The notes beneath the pieces were generated by a model that saw only the letters and a program-made list of their open reading frames with translations, was not told the origin of the DNA and did not search any database. From NCBI GenBank assembly GCA_051530055.1, contig CM121342.1, positions 9,439,480 through 9,503,479 on the forward strand: DNA of 64,000 nt. Reading direction: 5' to 3'. This DNA comes from Neoechinorhynchus agilis (lineage: Eukaryota; Animalia; Acanthocephala). Of this stretch, positions 24,930-36,722 are shown in pieces. Both the position numbers and the translations under genes were made by a program. Every line of letters starts with the position of its first letter. Position 1 is the first letter of the stretch.

Positions 24930-26350
24930 TAATATCTCTTTAGGTGAATCGAGAACTTTTTAGTGGCATGTTCTGGATCACTCAGCTGCCGTCCTGGTGT
25001 AACGGTCGCAAAGACGGATGCAGCGTCCCCCGTTGCACAGCCAGACTTATGTTTTGTAGGAAGAATGCTCCTGATCTCGGATCGCCAGTGATTCCTCTTA
25101 ATCTCCTAGAGAATTGCTTGACCAGGTCTTGCGCCGCGGTACCAAACGACCCGAGTGTCTCGACGCAAAAAAGGGAACAAAATAATGATGTCGACTCAGG
25201 TCGCTGTTGTTGCTGCTCTCCCTCCGGTTTAACAGTGGCGAATTTTATGTTATGGCTGTGAGCGTATCCATGGACGTGGCGTCCCAGAAAATGCATTTTG
25301 CTCCACTCGTCACGAGAATACTGTGACACCGTCCGGTCTACGGCCATCGAGTCGGCAAAGATTGTTCGGCTCTAAGATGTTGGGCGCATTCACAGTATTC
25401 AGGGCACAGTTAAGAATTGCGTTCACTTCGGCGTGTCGTAGACAATGGCGTCCCGGCGGTTCCACGGTCGCTCCGCAACGGCAGCGATGGGATGTGCATA
25501 TCGGTACCCCACGTCTAAGGGACCCTGCAATCCCTACTGTCTCGTCGGAGGGTACCCACAGAAGCGATGGGAAAGCGTTGATCCAAGCACACGATTCTCT
25601 TGTAGAGACTGCCGCCAATCGAGTTCGGTTCACCAGGTCACGAGAATCTAAAATTAAAGAGTTATGAATTCTCGCCACGAGGGGTGAGTCCCAAACCCGG
25701 GACCTGCTCGCTGCCTGAATCTCCACACCAAAGATTAAGAGCCTTCACGAAATCCTCATCCAAAGTGTAATTCTCCCAAGAACGGATTTAACTACTTTGC
25801 GGCTTGCTTCATACGATCAGAAATAAACTGACAGGGAAATATCGGCTGCTTTTCGGATACTCATTCGCTGGGCGACGCATGCAAGGACGCTTGACGCCAG
25901 GCCTCGTCCGAAAGCTGAGTATTTAAAATTTTCTCGAGAGAGGCTTTCACCGTCTCGTCTAATTTTGCCAACTTATTTTTATGTCTAAAAAGGGTGCTGC
26001 GCGCAGCTTATACAGCAGCTCTTTTTCCGGACTACAAAACGTGGTTATTGAACAGCAAAGGAGTTGAAGCCCCATTAGGCATTAACAAAATAGCGAAATG
26101 CTTCTTGGACGTAATCTCTAACTACTTCGCGCAAATCTGCACAGTGAACTGTATTGAATGCAATTTTTAGATCACATTTCAAGATGATGCACGGTTTTGA
26201 ATTCCCGCAAAATCCACATCAATTTTTGACCTTTGAAAGATGATTATTTCTTTTCTTTAATGGACTCGTAGAAAAAAGGTTCTATTTAGTCAGTAAATTG
26301 CACTGCGGTGTTGACATTGAACTCCGTCAGGGACACAACCACATAAAAAC
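24930..26350 (-). mobile_element. RLE-type non-LTR retrotransposon remnant (R2/NeSL/HERO-like), internally deleted
   Basis: HRCRCG..HCL, RHAEVN, EP..L.RLDGRRPDG and QNISLAVQRG; nucleotide homology to 62610-63850. Confidence 0.8.
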
Positions 26351-26818
26351 GAAGGATAACATGCTCTTCTCACAATCTATTGCGCTAGTCTCAACCGATA
26401 TTCCATTCAATGCCTATACTGCAATTCAATTTAAAAGGTATGCGATTATCGAAGAATAGCAACTCTCAGATTCTATTCAAAAGGCAAAATTAAAATCACA
26501 GAATTTTGGCTGAATATTGTGATTGATCAAGGTAGAATCTTAGCGTCCGAAAACATCTAACCTATATGATTTGTAAGGCCGAAATTCATGCATAGTTTCA
26601 CAATTACAGAACTTTAATTTTTCTGCGGCAAGCTTAAGCCCTTTCTTAGGCTCTAAGATTTTCACACTACACCATGAAATTGTACAATAATTTCATTTTT
26701 AATCAAAAGCCTAAACACAAAGCAGGTCTTGCATGAGTGCGACGTGAATGTTCGTGGCGGATGTTGATTATCTCGAAGGAAGTCATCGCCTTTGTTGGTT
26801 ATTTATTAGTTAAAGCAC

Positions 26819-27213
26819 AAAGAATAGGACTCATGTACCTTTGGGTCCTCATAAACACGAGAGTTTTCTGATTTGTTAAATGAATGAGGTTGTTTATTAT
26901 GGAGTGGATTACAGGTTCGGTTGGGTGGGAATGTTGATGATTTATAGGAAAGGTTGTGAGGTTGGGTCCTTCTTCAGGTTCATTTCGGTTTATAATATCC
27001 GAGAAGATTGGACAGCATGGAAAAAGGAGCGGAGGTATGGGGAGGTGCGTGGCCGATGAAACGAATTAGGATTACGAGTGGTGTGCTCGTGTGAAAATGG
27101 GAATAAAATGTAGTAAAAAATGTGGTGGTAGGGTTGAGAGGCGTTTTGTTTTTTTCATGAAAATTTTATGAAAGCATTTGATGAGCGGGGGGAGAATTAA
27201 ATTTGCAAATTTT
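26819..27213 (-). mobile_element. LINE 3' fragment (about 395 bp)
   Basis: Nearly identical to 34680-35075 and to the reverse complement of about 45925-46320. Confidence 0.85.
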
Positions 27214-27873
27214 CATAATTGAAAAATGCACCATCATTAATTGAGTTATGAAAAGGCGGCTACGAATAGTAACGGCTATTGTAAACAACTTCGTTTGATT
27301 TTTACGATAATGTTTCGGAGCAATCACTCTGAGCCTAAATAAAACGAAAACATAATCGATAATGATGCCTAAGATGAATTTCGTGCTTAATATATCTGTT
27401 AGAGAAATCAAAACGTTGAATCGCCCAAATGTCTCTTTTACAGAAATAACTCTAAGATTACACCATAAAGAAGTCCGTTTTATATTAAATCAAGAGAATT
27501 ATCTGAAACTTTATTGTATAAAATCACAAAACCGCATAATAAATTGAAACTTTTTTTAAACGATGAAAACGCATCACTCCAATTTTGGCCATAGAAAATA
27601 TATCCATATAAAAGCATCTCTGATAACTTCTTTTCCATAGATGAAAAATGTCGAATAAATAACCAGGTTAAACGGTAGTCTTTGAAAAAAACCCCAAAAA
27701 GCCCCTCTAATCCCAGAGTCGGAGATTTGCTCGTAAAAAAGACCGATTTCGATGAGCTTTAGGTAAAAAACACGAAAACTAGAGTGTTTAATAGTATATT
27801 AATCGAACATTGCCCGTTAAAACAATTGCGTTGCAAGCACACATACACACGTAAATATAAGAAATCTACGCGA

Positions 27874-28374
27874 CTACAAGCGCCGATCGATTCGGTCCTT
27901 TGAGCCGGGACTGAGATCAGACGTTAAAGAGGGTTCTACCGAAGATCCAGCCATTCCAGAAAGTGATGAGTCTATCGATGGAGATGGCGGTCTAATTGGG
28001 AGATCATCTGGCCGTTGTCCGTAAATCTCTTCGTATTTTGCTTCTGACACATATCCATATCCGGGAACCCATAGACTAAAATAACATCCTGGAGGATGCT
28101 CTTCATTATCCATTCTTAGCACTTCCTCGCATTCGTCCATCTGATCATTAATTTCCAGCAAATCATTCTCTAGTTCCAAAATAGCCTCTTCGATCTCCTT
28201 TTGTTCATCGTCCGTCAAATGCACTTGGGAAGGGGACGAATCACTCGATGAACCGTCTCCTTCGTTCAGATTGGAATCCGCTTCTTGTACAGTTTCAGAG
28301 ATTGCAAACTTATCCATGCCGATGACGACTGCCTCCAAGTCTTCGTCCTTGTTAATTTCATCAGAAGATAGCAT
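27874..28374 (-). CDS. Acidic orphan protein with a predicted coiled coil, 166 aa
   Basis: Uninterrupted ATG-started ORF, more GC-rich than its flanks, with a heptad-like EIEEAILELENDLLEINDQM. No homology recognised. Confidence 0.55.
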   Translation of the reverse strand: MLSSDEINKDEDLEAVVIGMDKFAISETVQEADSNLNEGDGSSSDSSPSQVHLTDDEQKEIEEAILELENDLLEINDQMDECEEVLRMDNEEHPPGCYFSLWVPGYGYVSEAKYEEIYGQRPDDLPIRPPSPSIDSSLSGMAGSSVEPSLTSDLSPGSKDRIDRRL

Positions 28375-28639
28375 CTACAATAAACGGAGGGAAAAGAGAT
28401 AAGTCTTTAGCAAAACATCGAGCTTCATCGCAGTAAAAGGGGTACCGAATTTAAAATCGACGCTTTTGATCGTGTTGCAACTATCATAGAGTAGTGAAAA
28501 CTCACGTTCTGAAAGAAGCTCATAGAGTAAAGCTAACATAAACTATCGCGATTGAAAGTTTAATAAACAACTAAAACTGTTTTATAAACAAAGAACGAAA
28601 TGAATTTAAGGATTTACTAATAAATTAAGGGATGGGCTC

Positions 28640-31537
28640 TGAAGATTCAAAACGGCCGAGGGGTGATTTTCGCCGAAGAAAAAATCGGTCGGAATAAAAA
28701 TATGGTATCATGATCATAAAAACAAACGAAATCTATCGATTATTTGCACCTAGAAAGAAATGTTCTTCATTCTCGTACACTTCAGATTTCGACATCTAAA
28801 ATCAATAAAAGATTTATGATTATGAAATCTTTTTCGAATAGATCGGCATAAATTTTAGGTCTAATGAAACAACGTCTTTAGGGAAAAGAAGTTAATACTT
28901 TGGAGAGTTTGGTTTAAAATGAATGCGAAATTTTTTAAAAAATATTTAACTTAAAATTCCCCTCTAAAACCACATTAAAAGTCTTTAAATATACTGCAGT
29001 ATTTAATAATTTTTATATATTTTGACTGTGCCAAAAGATTTAATTTTGTTTATGGATCGAAAACGAAGGGGGTGATTTTCGTCGAAGAAAAAATCGGTCG
29101 GAATAAAAATATCGTATCATGATCATAAAAACAAACGAAATCTATCAATTATTTGCACCTATAAAGAAATGTTCTTCATTCTCGTACACTTCAGATTTCG
29201 ACATCTAAAATCAATAAAAGATTTATGATTATGAAATCTTTTTCGAATAGATCGGCATAAATTTTAGGTCTAATGAAACAACGTCTTTAGGGAAAAACGT
29301 TAATACTATGGAGAGTTTGGTTTAAAATGAATGCGAAATTTTTTAAAAAATATTTAACTTAAAATTCCTCTCTCTCTAAAACCACATTAAAAGTCTTTAA
29401 ATATACTGCAGTATTTAATAATTTTTATATATTTTGACTGTGCCAAAAGATTTAATTTTGTTTATGGATCGAAAACGAAGGGGTGATTTTCGTCGAAGAA
29501 AAAATCGGTCGGAATAAAAATATCGTATCATGATCATAAAAACAAACGAAATCTATCGATTATTTGCACCTATAAAGAAATGTTCTTCATTCTCGTACAC
29601 TTCAGATTTCGACATCTAAAATCAATAAAAGATTTATGATTATGAAATCTTTTTCGAATAGATCGGCATAAATTTTAGGTCTAATGAAACAACGTCTTTA
29701 GGGAAAAGACGTTAATACTATGGAGAGTTTGGTTTAAAATGAATGCGAAATTTTTTAAAAAATATTTAACTTAAAATTCCTCTCTAAAACCACATTAAAA
29801 GTCTTTAAATATACTGCAGTATTTAATAATTTTTATATATTTTGACTGTGCCAAAAGATTTAATTTTGTTTATGGATCGAACGAAGGGGGTGATTTTCGT
29901 CGAAGAAAAATCGGTCGGAATAAAAATATCGTATCATGATCATAAAAACAAACGAAATCTATCGATTATTTGCACCTATAAAGAAATGTTCTTCATTCTC
30001 GTACACTTCAGATTTCGACATCTAAAATCAATAAAAGATTTATGATTATGAAATCTTTTTCGAATAGATCGGCATAAATTTTAGGTCTAATGAAACAACG
30101 TCTTTAGGGAAAAGAAGTTAATACTATGGAGAGTTTGGTTTAAAATGAATGCGAAATTTTTTAAAAAATATTTAACTTAAAATTCCTCTCTCTCTAAAAC
30201 CACATTAAAAGTCTTTAAATATACTGCAGTATTTAATAATTTTTATATATTTTGACTGTGCCAAAAGATTTAATTTTGTTTATGGATCGAAAACGAAGGG
30301 GGTGATTTTCGTCGAAGAAAAAATCGGTCGGAATAAAAATATCGTATCATGATCATAAAAACAAACGAAATCTATCAATTATTTGCACCTATAAAGAAAT
30401 GTTCTTCATTCTCGTACACTTCAGATTTCGACATCTAAAATCAATAAAAGATTTATGATTATGAAATCTTTTTCGAATAGATCGGCATAAATTTTAGGTC
30501 TAATGAAACAACGTCTTTAGGGAAAAGAAGTTAATACTATGGAGAGTTTGGTTTAAAATGAATGCGAAATTTTTTAAAAAATATTTAACTTAAAATTCCT
30601 CTCTCTCTAAAACCACATTAAAAGTCTTTAAATATACTGCAGTATTTAATAATTTTTATATATTTTGACTGTGCCAAAAGATTTAATTTTGTTTATGGAT
30701 CGAAAACGAAGGGGGTGATTTTCGTCGAAGAAAAAATCGGTCGGAATAAAAATATCGTATCATGATCATAAAAACAAACGAAATCTATCAATTATTTGCA
30801 CCTATAAAGAAATGTTCTTCATTCTCGTACACTTCAGATTTCGACATCTAAAATCAATAAAAGATTTATGATTATGAAATCTTTTTCGAATAGATCGGCA
30901 TAAATTTTAGGTCTAATGAAACAACGTCTTTAGGGAAAAGACGTTAATACTATGGAGAGTTTGGTTTAAAATGAATGCGAAATTTTTTAAAAAATATTTA
31001 ACTTAAAATTCCTCTCTCTCTAAAACCACATTAAAAGTCTTTAAATATACTGCAGTATTTAATAATTTTTATATATTTTGACTGTGCCAAAAAATTTAAT
31101 TTTGTTTATGGATCGAAAACGAAGGGGGTGATTTTCGTCGAAGAAAAAATCGGTCGGAATAAAAATATCGTATCATGATCATAAAAACAAACGAAATCTA
31201 TCAATTATTTGCACCTATAAAGAAATGTTCTTCATTCTCGTACACTTCAGATTTCGACATCTAAAATCAATAAAAGATTTATGATTATGAAATCTTTTTC
31301 GAATAGATCGGCATAAATTTTAGGTCTAATGAAACAACGTCTTTAGGGAAAAGACGTTAATACTATGGAGAGTTTGGTTTAAAATGAATGCGAAATTTTT
31401 TAAAAAATATTTAACTTAAAATTCCTCTCTCTCTAAAACCACATTAAAAGTCTTTAAATATACTGCAGTATTTAATAATTTTTATATATTTTGACTGTGC
31501 CAAAAGATTTAATTTTGTTTATGGATCGAAAACGAAG
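28640..31537. repeat. Satellite array, about 407-413 bp unit, 7 copies
   Basis: GTGATTTTCG at 28663, 29072, 29483, 29890, 30302, 30715 and 31128; units are nearly identical. Confidence 0.97.
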
Positions 31538-31998
31538 GAGGGATCTCGTCCAAACTCGTACACACATTCAAAATGCGTCTTTGTTTCACTGTTCTCCCAC
31601 AAGTTTCTTCGTCGAGGTACATAAATTTTATAATATGACGAACGCAATTTTGACAACCAAAAACATTCAACAATTGTTTCTTTGTCATCGCTGAGTTTGA
31701 AGAGAAGAGGAACTGTAGTTCCGTATCAAATTGAACTTCCGGTGCTCCTCGACGAGTACAGGATCGTGGAAGAGAAATCTTTACGCACAAAGTTCGACGA
31801 AAATTAATTCAGTCAAAAAGACTCCTTCGAAAAAAGAAATCTAAGAACCTCCTAAGTTTTCATTTAAAAGCTTATTCATGTTAATGCGAAACATCTCACA
31901 TCCGTTAAGTTCGGTCGTGATTTAGGGTACTTCAATCGAAACTAAATCGTGTCACTCGAAAAAGACATAGGTGAAGGTGCAACAACAAAAAGAAAGTA

Positions 31999-32115
31999 AG
32001 AGCTGGTGCCTTCCTGCGCCAGAACATTGGTTTCGCGATCCAAAGAGGAAACGCAGCGAGCGTGGTCGCGATCACTGAGGATAGATCTATGCCTCTTCTT
32101 CGTGGACGGTGGTGA
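31999..32115 (+). mobile_element. 5'-truncated tail of an RLE-type non-LTR element
   Basis: Manual translation RAGAFLRQNIGFAIQRGNAASV matches the RSGAFFLQNISLAVQRG terminus in ORF 24982-25347. Confidence 0.7.
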
Positions 32116-32696
32116 TTGTTGAAACGTTTTGTTGTTGTGTTTGTAAATGAAAGAGTTGCTTTCAAAAAAGATTTCTTATACAAGGTGATTATTTATCAAA
32201 TTCTTGGAAGAAAATATTATCACACAAAATACAAAAAGGCAGATTTTCGTAGACGTTGGGATTTTGGTAAAGATTTTAAAAGGGTCTAAGGTAAAATTCT
32301 TCTATTTGATGAAAACCAAACAAAAAGAGTAAAAAATATTGCCAATACCGTGGGATTATTTATCAAATTCTTGGATGAGGACTTTATACGGCAAAAAGGC
32401 AGATTTTCGTAGACGTTGAAGAAAACTGCTTCGATTTGATGAAAAACAAAAAAGGAAAATTAAGATTCTGACGGAGATTTGTTTAAGATTCACGTAATAA
32501 AATTATATTAATCCCCCTCCAACGCACATTTTCTAGTGTTGATGAGTCAAAATTAAGCTTTCAAGTGGTTTTTTTGCCCCCTCCCTCGCTATCAATTGAA
32601 GAACTTGAAAACTACGCAGAACGAACTTCGATTCTTCTGCGTCAGAGTTTCGATGATTCCCCGCGTCGAAAGTCGTTTCTCTCGCTCCGTCTTAAG

Positions 32697-33374
32697 ATGA
32701 CAAAGAAACGTCGCAACAACGGACGAAATAAGCACGGTCGTGGACATGTTCGTCCGGTCAATTGTACCAACTGCCGACGGCTCTGTCCTAAAGACAAAGC
32801 AATTAAGAAGTTCATTATGAGAAGTATTGTGGATACGGCATCGGCTCGTGATATCAACGCCGCGTCCGCTTATCCGGACTATGCTCTTCCTAAACTCTAC
32901 TATAAACTCTATTACTGCGTCAGTTGTGCGATCCATAGTAAGTTCGTTACTGTTCGTAAGAAAGACCAGAGGCGTTATAGGAAGCCTCCTATCCGACCGG
33001 GAGCTAGAGGTGTCCGACCCGGCGGTCCTGGTGGTACCGTGGTTCCAGGCGGTGATGCCGCACAGAGGCCATTTAGAGGACCGAGAATGCCTCGTGAAGG
33101 GGATCCTCGTGGAGGGCCACCGATGCGTTCTTATCCACAAAGAAGCGGATTCAACCAAGATGACAGGGGTAGACCTTTTGGTGATGAAGGCATAAGGATT
33201 GGCGGTGGTGGTTGGCGCGCTGCAGGGGATCCAGGCGCTTATGGAGGTGGATGGGGTGCTCAAGTTGAAGAAACCGGCACTGAACCGTTTGGTCGAAGTG
33301 GTGGTGATCCGTCGTTACAAGGAGCATGGGGACAACACGCGGAAGACGTTGGAAATAATCCACCTGCTTATTGA
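32697..33374 (+). CDS. RPS26: 40S ribosomal protein S26 with a long Gly/Pro/Arg-rich C-terminal extension (225 aa)
   Basis: [26 protein letters not shown]...PKDKAIKKF...[21 protein letters not shown]. Confidence 0.97.
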   Translation: MTKKRRNNGRNKHGRGHVRPVNCTNCRRLCPKDKAIKKFIMRSIVDTASARDINAASAYPDYALPKLYYKLYYCVSCAIHSKFVTVRKKDQRRYRKPPIRPGARGVRPGGPGGTVVPGGDAAQRPFRGPRMPREGDPRGGPPMRSYPQRSGFNQDDRGRPFGDEGIRIGGGGWRAAGDPGAYGGGWGAQVEETGTEPFGRSGGDPSLQGAWGQHAEDVGNNPPAY

Positions 33375-33758
33375 TCAGATCCAACTGATCGAGGTCATTA
33401 AAATCCTTTTTTGATACATCGAGTGTTTTTGGTTAATCAGAAATGCAATTCGCGATCTTTTAAAGTCCCCATTTCGGTGGAAAATACGTAAAATTACTTT
33501 TTAACAATAGTCCGCGAGGCAGCAAGGTAGTTTGTTTCCCCTTAACGTAGAATAAGAACTAAAATGTTACGTAACCCGAATTTTAAGCTGTTTTTTTACT
33601 ATTTATCTTCTTTTATGCGGTTAAATTTGCGAACATAGCGTTAAACACGCTAAAATGCCATCGATCGGCGTCTAAATTTATTCTCAGCCTTAGCTTTGGA
33701 ACAATATATTTACGTTTGACTTTAGATTTTACAAAGACCACATTATCTCCTTATGAGA

Positions 33759-34433
33759 ATATCCATTATCAGCCAAAATTACGTTGATTCTGTCTATCGC
33801 CAATCAGGCTGTTTCCCATTGACAGTACACGGATTTGTATATAAAATCGGTCGTTATATCGAAAGAGGTTGCCATTCGTGTGAGTCGAATCACGTCGGTG
33901 TGTAGCTTAGACAAATCCGTGGACCGTCAATCTGAACGCATTTTTGCAATAATTTCCCTAGATGATCTGGAAAAGCAGTGCAATTTCCCACATTTAGCGG
34001 GTCATCCCACGACTGGATATTCCCATCCTAACGGAAACGCTTTTTTGAACATTTTTCAACAATAAACGTGTTATTATTATCTTTGTTATGTGTATGATGT
34101 GCTGTTAATCCACTGAAAAAAAAGGTGAGGTCGATGACATACAGAGGAGGTTGAATTCAATGGATTTTACTGGTGGGATTAAGGTGACACGAGACAAACC
34201 ATCGGATTATCAATGCCGTTCCTAAATTTTTGTTTCAAAGTTAATCAGGTTACTGATTTCAGTTGGTGTCGCAAACCGTAAAATGATGGTCATACATCGA
34301 GATTCCCATCATCCTGATGAAACATGCAGTTTATGCTGAGATGTGCAGGACAGCGCTGGTTTGCTCATCGTTATTAACGCGGAAACGATTGGCGATAGAC
34401 AGAATGAACGCAATTTTCGCTGATAATGGATAT
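33759..34433. mobile_element. Candidate MITE / non-autonomous DNA transposon with 47 bp terminal inverted repeats
   Basis: 33759-33805 matches the reverse complement of 34387-34433 with 3 mismatches; TA dinucleotides lie at the outer edges. Confidence 0.55.
33985..34082 (+). mobile_element. LINE 3' tail fragment
   Basis: Matches 43555-43692 (CGACTGGAT..CCCATCCTAACGGA..AACAATAAACGTGTTATTATT). Confidence 0.65.
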
Positions 34434-34656
34434 ATACTTAACGAAATCGTGCGGTTCAAGTAGTAGTGTTATTCAAGAGAGGAGAAACGGAAAGATATTC
34501 GTAGTGAAAAGTTCGTTAGTGGCGTTCAAAAGCTGCTGGGATGACGGAGAATGGGTGTCTTGATTGTCCTCAGAAGCGCACCTACATTTGGGCGAATCCA
34601 GACGAAGCTCAAAACATGTACAACATCGTGCCAGCAAATCTGAACGGCCTTTATAA

Positions 34657-35890
34657 TAACAAGTTCATTCGTTAATTAACAAGAATAGGACTCATGTACC
34701 TTTGGGTCCTCATAAACACGAGAGTTTTCTGATTTGTTAAATGAATGAGGTTGTTTATTATGGAGTGGATTACAGGTTCGGTTGGGTGGGAATGTTGATG
34801 ATTTATAGGAAAGGTTGTGAGGTTGGGTCCTTCTTCAGGTTCATTTCGGTTTATAATATCCGAGAAGATTGGACAGCATGGAAAAAGGAGCGGAGGTATG
34901 GGGAGGTGCGTGGCCGATGAAACGAATTAGGATTACGAGTGGTGTGCTCGTGTGAAAATGGGAATAAAATGTAGTAAAAAATGTGGTGGTAGGGTTGAGA
35001 GGCGTTTTGTTTTTTTCATGAAAATTTTATGAAAGCATTTGATGAGCGGGGGGAGAATTAAATTTGCAAATTTTAGAGACGCTTCCATGAAAAGTTTCTA
35101 GGCAATTGAATTGAAATTTGGGTAGGTTGCAAATGACGATTTAGCCGTACGTGAGGGAGGAGGTAAAATAAAGCTGTATTAAAATTTGGAGAGAGCGGGA
35201 AAAAAGGACTCCTAAATGGCTGGGCGTTCGAAGAGATAAATTTTATAGGTATTGCGTTTGAAGGAAAGTGAAATGTGCGAGTCCCATTTCCGATTTGATT
35301 GAAATTGGAGACCCTGAATATCACAGATTTAAACCATTTGATAAAATTCTGAATGTTACGATCGCGTTTATCCCTGACGGGTAAGCGAAGTAATTTCTGA
35401 TGCTGAGGTGGCTTGGAGGGAATGATAAGGGTACAAAGTGGTCAGAGTTCGTGGGGGGCGGGAAGATAGTTTAGAAGCGGATGAGTAAGCGACGATATTG
35501 GTAAAGAGCTGGGAAGTCAATTAGTTGACGCAACTCGGAGAAGAGTAGAAGAGGAAATAGATTATTGAAGTCCCCTGCAGTTAAGAAATGGTGAGAATAT
35601 GTGGAGTTTATGAGCTCCACCATCATCGAATCGAGTTGGCACAAAGCGGACTCAGGACGAGAGGCAGGAGGGCGACCGGCGCCAGCGATGGTGAATTCTC
35701 TGAGGCCATTTCATAGAGGAGCTGAGACGCGATGAATTCTAGATTGGGGTTTTGAAGAGAAAATCTAACAGAGAAGAAGAGTGGGGTAGTGATTGAAGTA
35801 CGAAAATTGAGACCATCTTCCTCGACGCTCCTCGCGGTCCGTATAGAAGGAAGAGTACCCGAAAAGGATGGCTGAATTGCTGTTTCTGTT
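34657..35890 (-). mobile_element. Internally deleted CR1/L2-type LINE
   Basis: Endonuclease-region homology to 59700-60130 (GDFN/SDH block) joined to an RT C-terminal and 3' region. Confidence 0.75.
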
Positions 35891-36284
35891 AAGATGATTA
35901 TGCCGGCTTTTGGAGCACAATATTCAATTTAAAAATTCAACATGTCGTTGTGGTCATATAAGTATGAAATTGCATAAATGTTAAAAATTTCAGTCATTGA
36001 TCTTTGAAGGGTGAATATATCCGAATACAAAAAATGCGTGGGGTGGTATGAAAGTCAAAATCATTGTTCATCGTTCAATGCACGGTAAAATCGATTACAG
36101 TATTGATGCGGAATTAAAAGGTAAAATCTTCGTTTTTGGGCGAGTCCTTTCATGAAAGATGAAAATAATCTGTTCTACTTACTTATTGGTGAGCACTTTA
36201 GAGTGGTTGAACTCTGAGCAATTAGAAGTGTTTGCCCCATTGCTCAATCGTAAGAAGTCGGTTATCAATTTTTCCCCAAATAAT

Positions 36285-36608
36285 CTATTTCAGATCACCG
36301 ATGACCTTTTCGACTTCCGGTCTATAATCAGCCAAAAACTTTGGTTCTTTTCTCTTTTCCCATTTAGGTCGGACACTTTTAAAGACACCGGCATTCACCA
36401 TTCGTTGAAAATCACGTTCAGCATCATAAGTCCTCCAGAATTCCTCGTATTTATTACGACGCCAATCGACCACAAAGTGTTTGTAAGCGTAAGCCACTCC
36501 GAATGGCAAGACGAGACTCAGTACTCCATAAAAGCGAAAGCGATTCCCGTATGGACCACGTAGGTAATAGTCCGACGGACGAGGGATCTTCCCAACACCT
36601 TCAGACAT
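36285..36608 (-). CDS. COX6C: Cytochrome c oxidase subunit 6C
   Basis: Basic N-terminus, a single TM segment, then RRNKYEEFWRTYDAERDFQRMVNAGVFKSV matching the COX6C family pattern. Confidence 0.88.
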   Translation of the reverse strand: MSEGVGKIPRPSDYYLRGPYGNRFRFYGVLSLVLPFGVAYAYKHFVVDWRRNKYEEFWRTYDAERDFQRMVNAGVFKSVRPKWEKRKEPKFLADYRPEVEKVIGDLK

Positions 36609-36722
36609 GTGGACTTAAAATGTTCAATCATAAAGGCGACAAGTCTTCATAAAGAATTGCGAAAGAATATTCTCGATCGTGTTTTATGGAATCATTTCTC
36701 CCATAAATGTACACAAAGCGTC
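36609..36722. promoter_or_regulatory. Putative bidirectional promoter between COX6C and EIF3K
   Basis: Divergent start codons only 114 bp apart; inferred from geometry. Confidence 0.45.

Noticed and set aside
20040-31537. Regular arrays resembling CRISPR
   Set aside because: Units are contiguous with no unique spacers, no cas genes are present, and the genome is eukaryotic; these are satellites.
32592-33414. Long antisense and alternative-frame ORFs over RPS26
   Set aside because: Expected shadows of a GC-rich coding region; no independent motifs. The same applies to shadows over CACNB, tubulins and LINEs.
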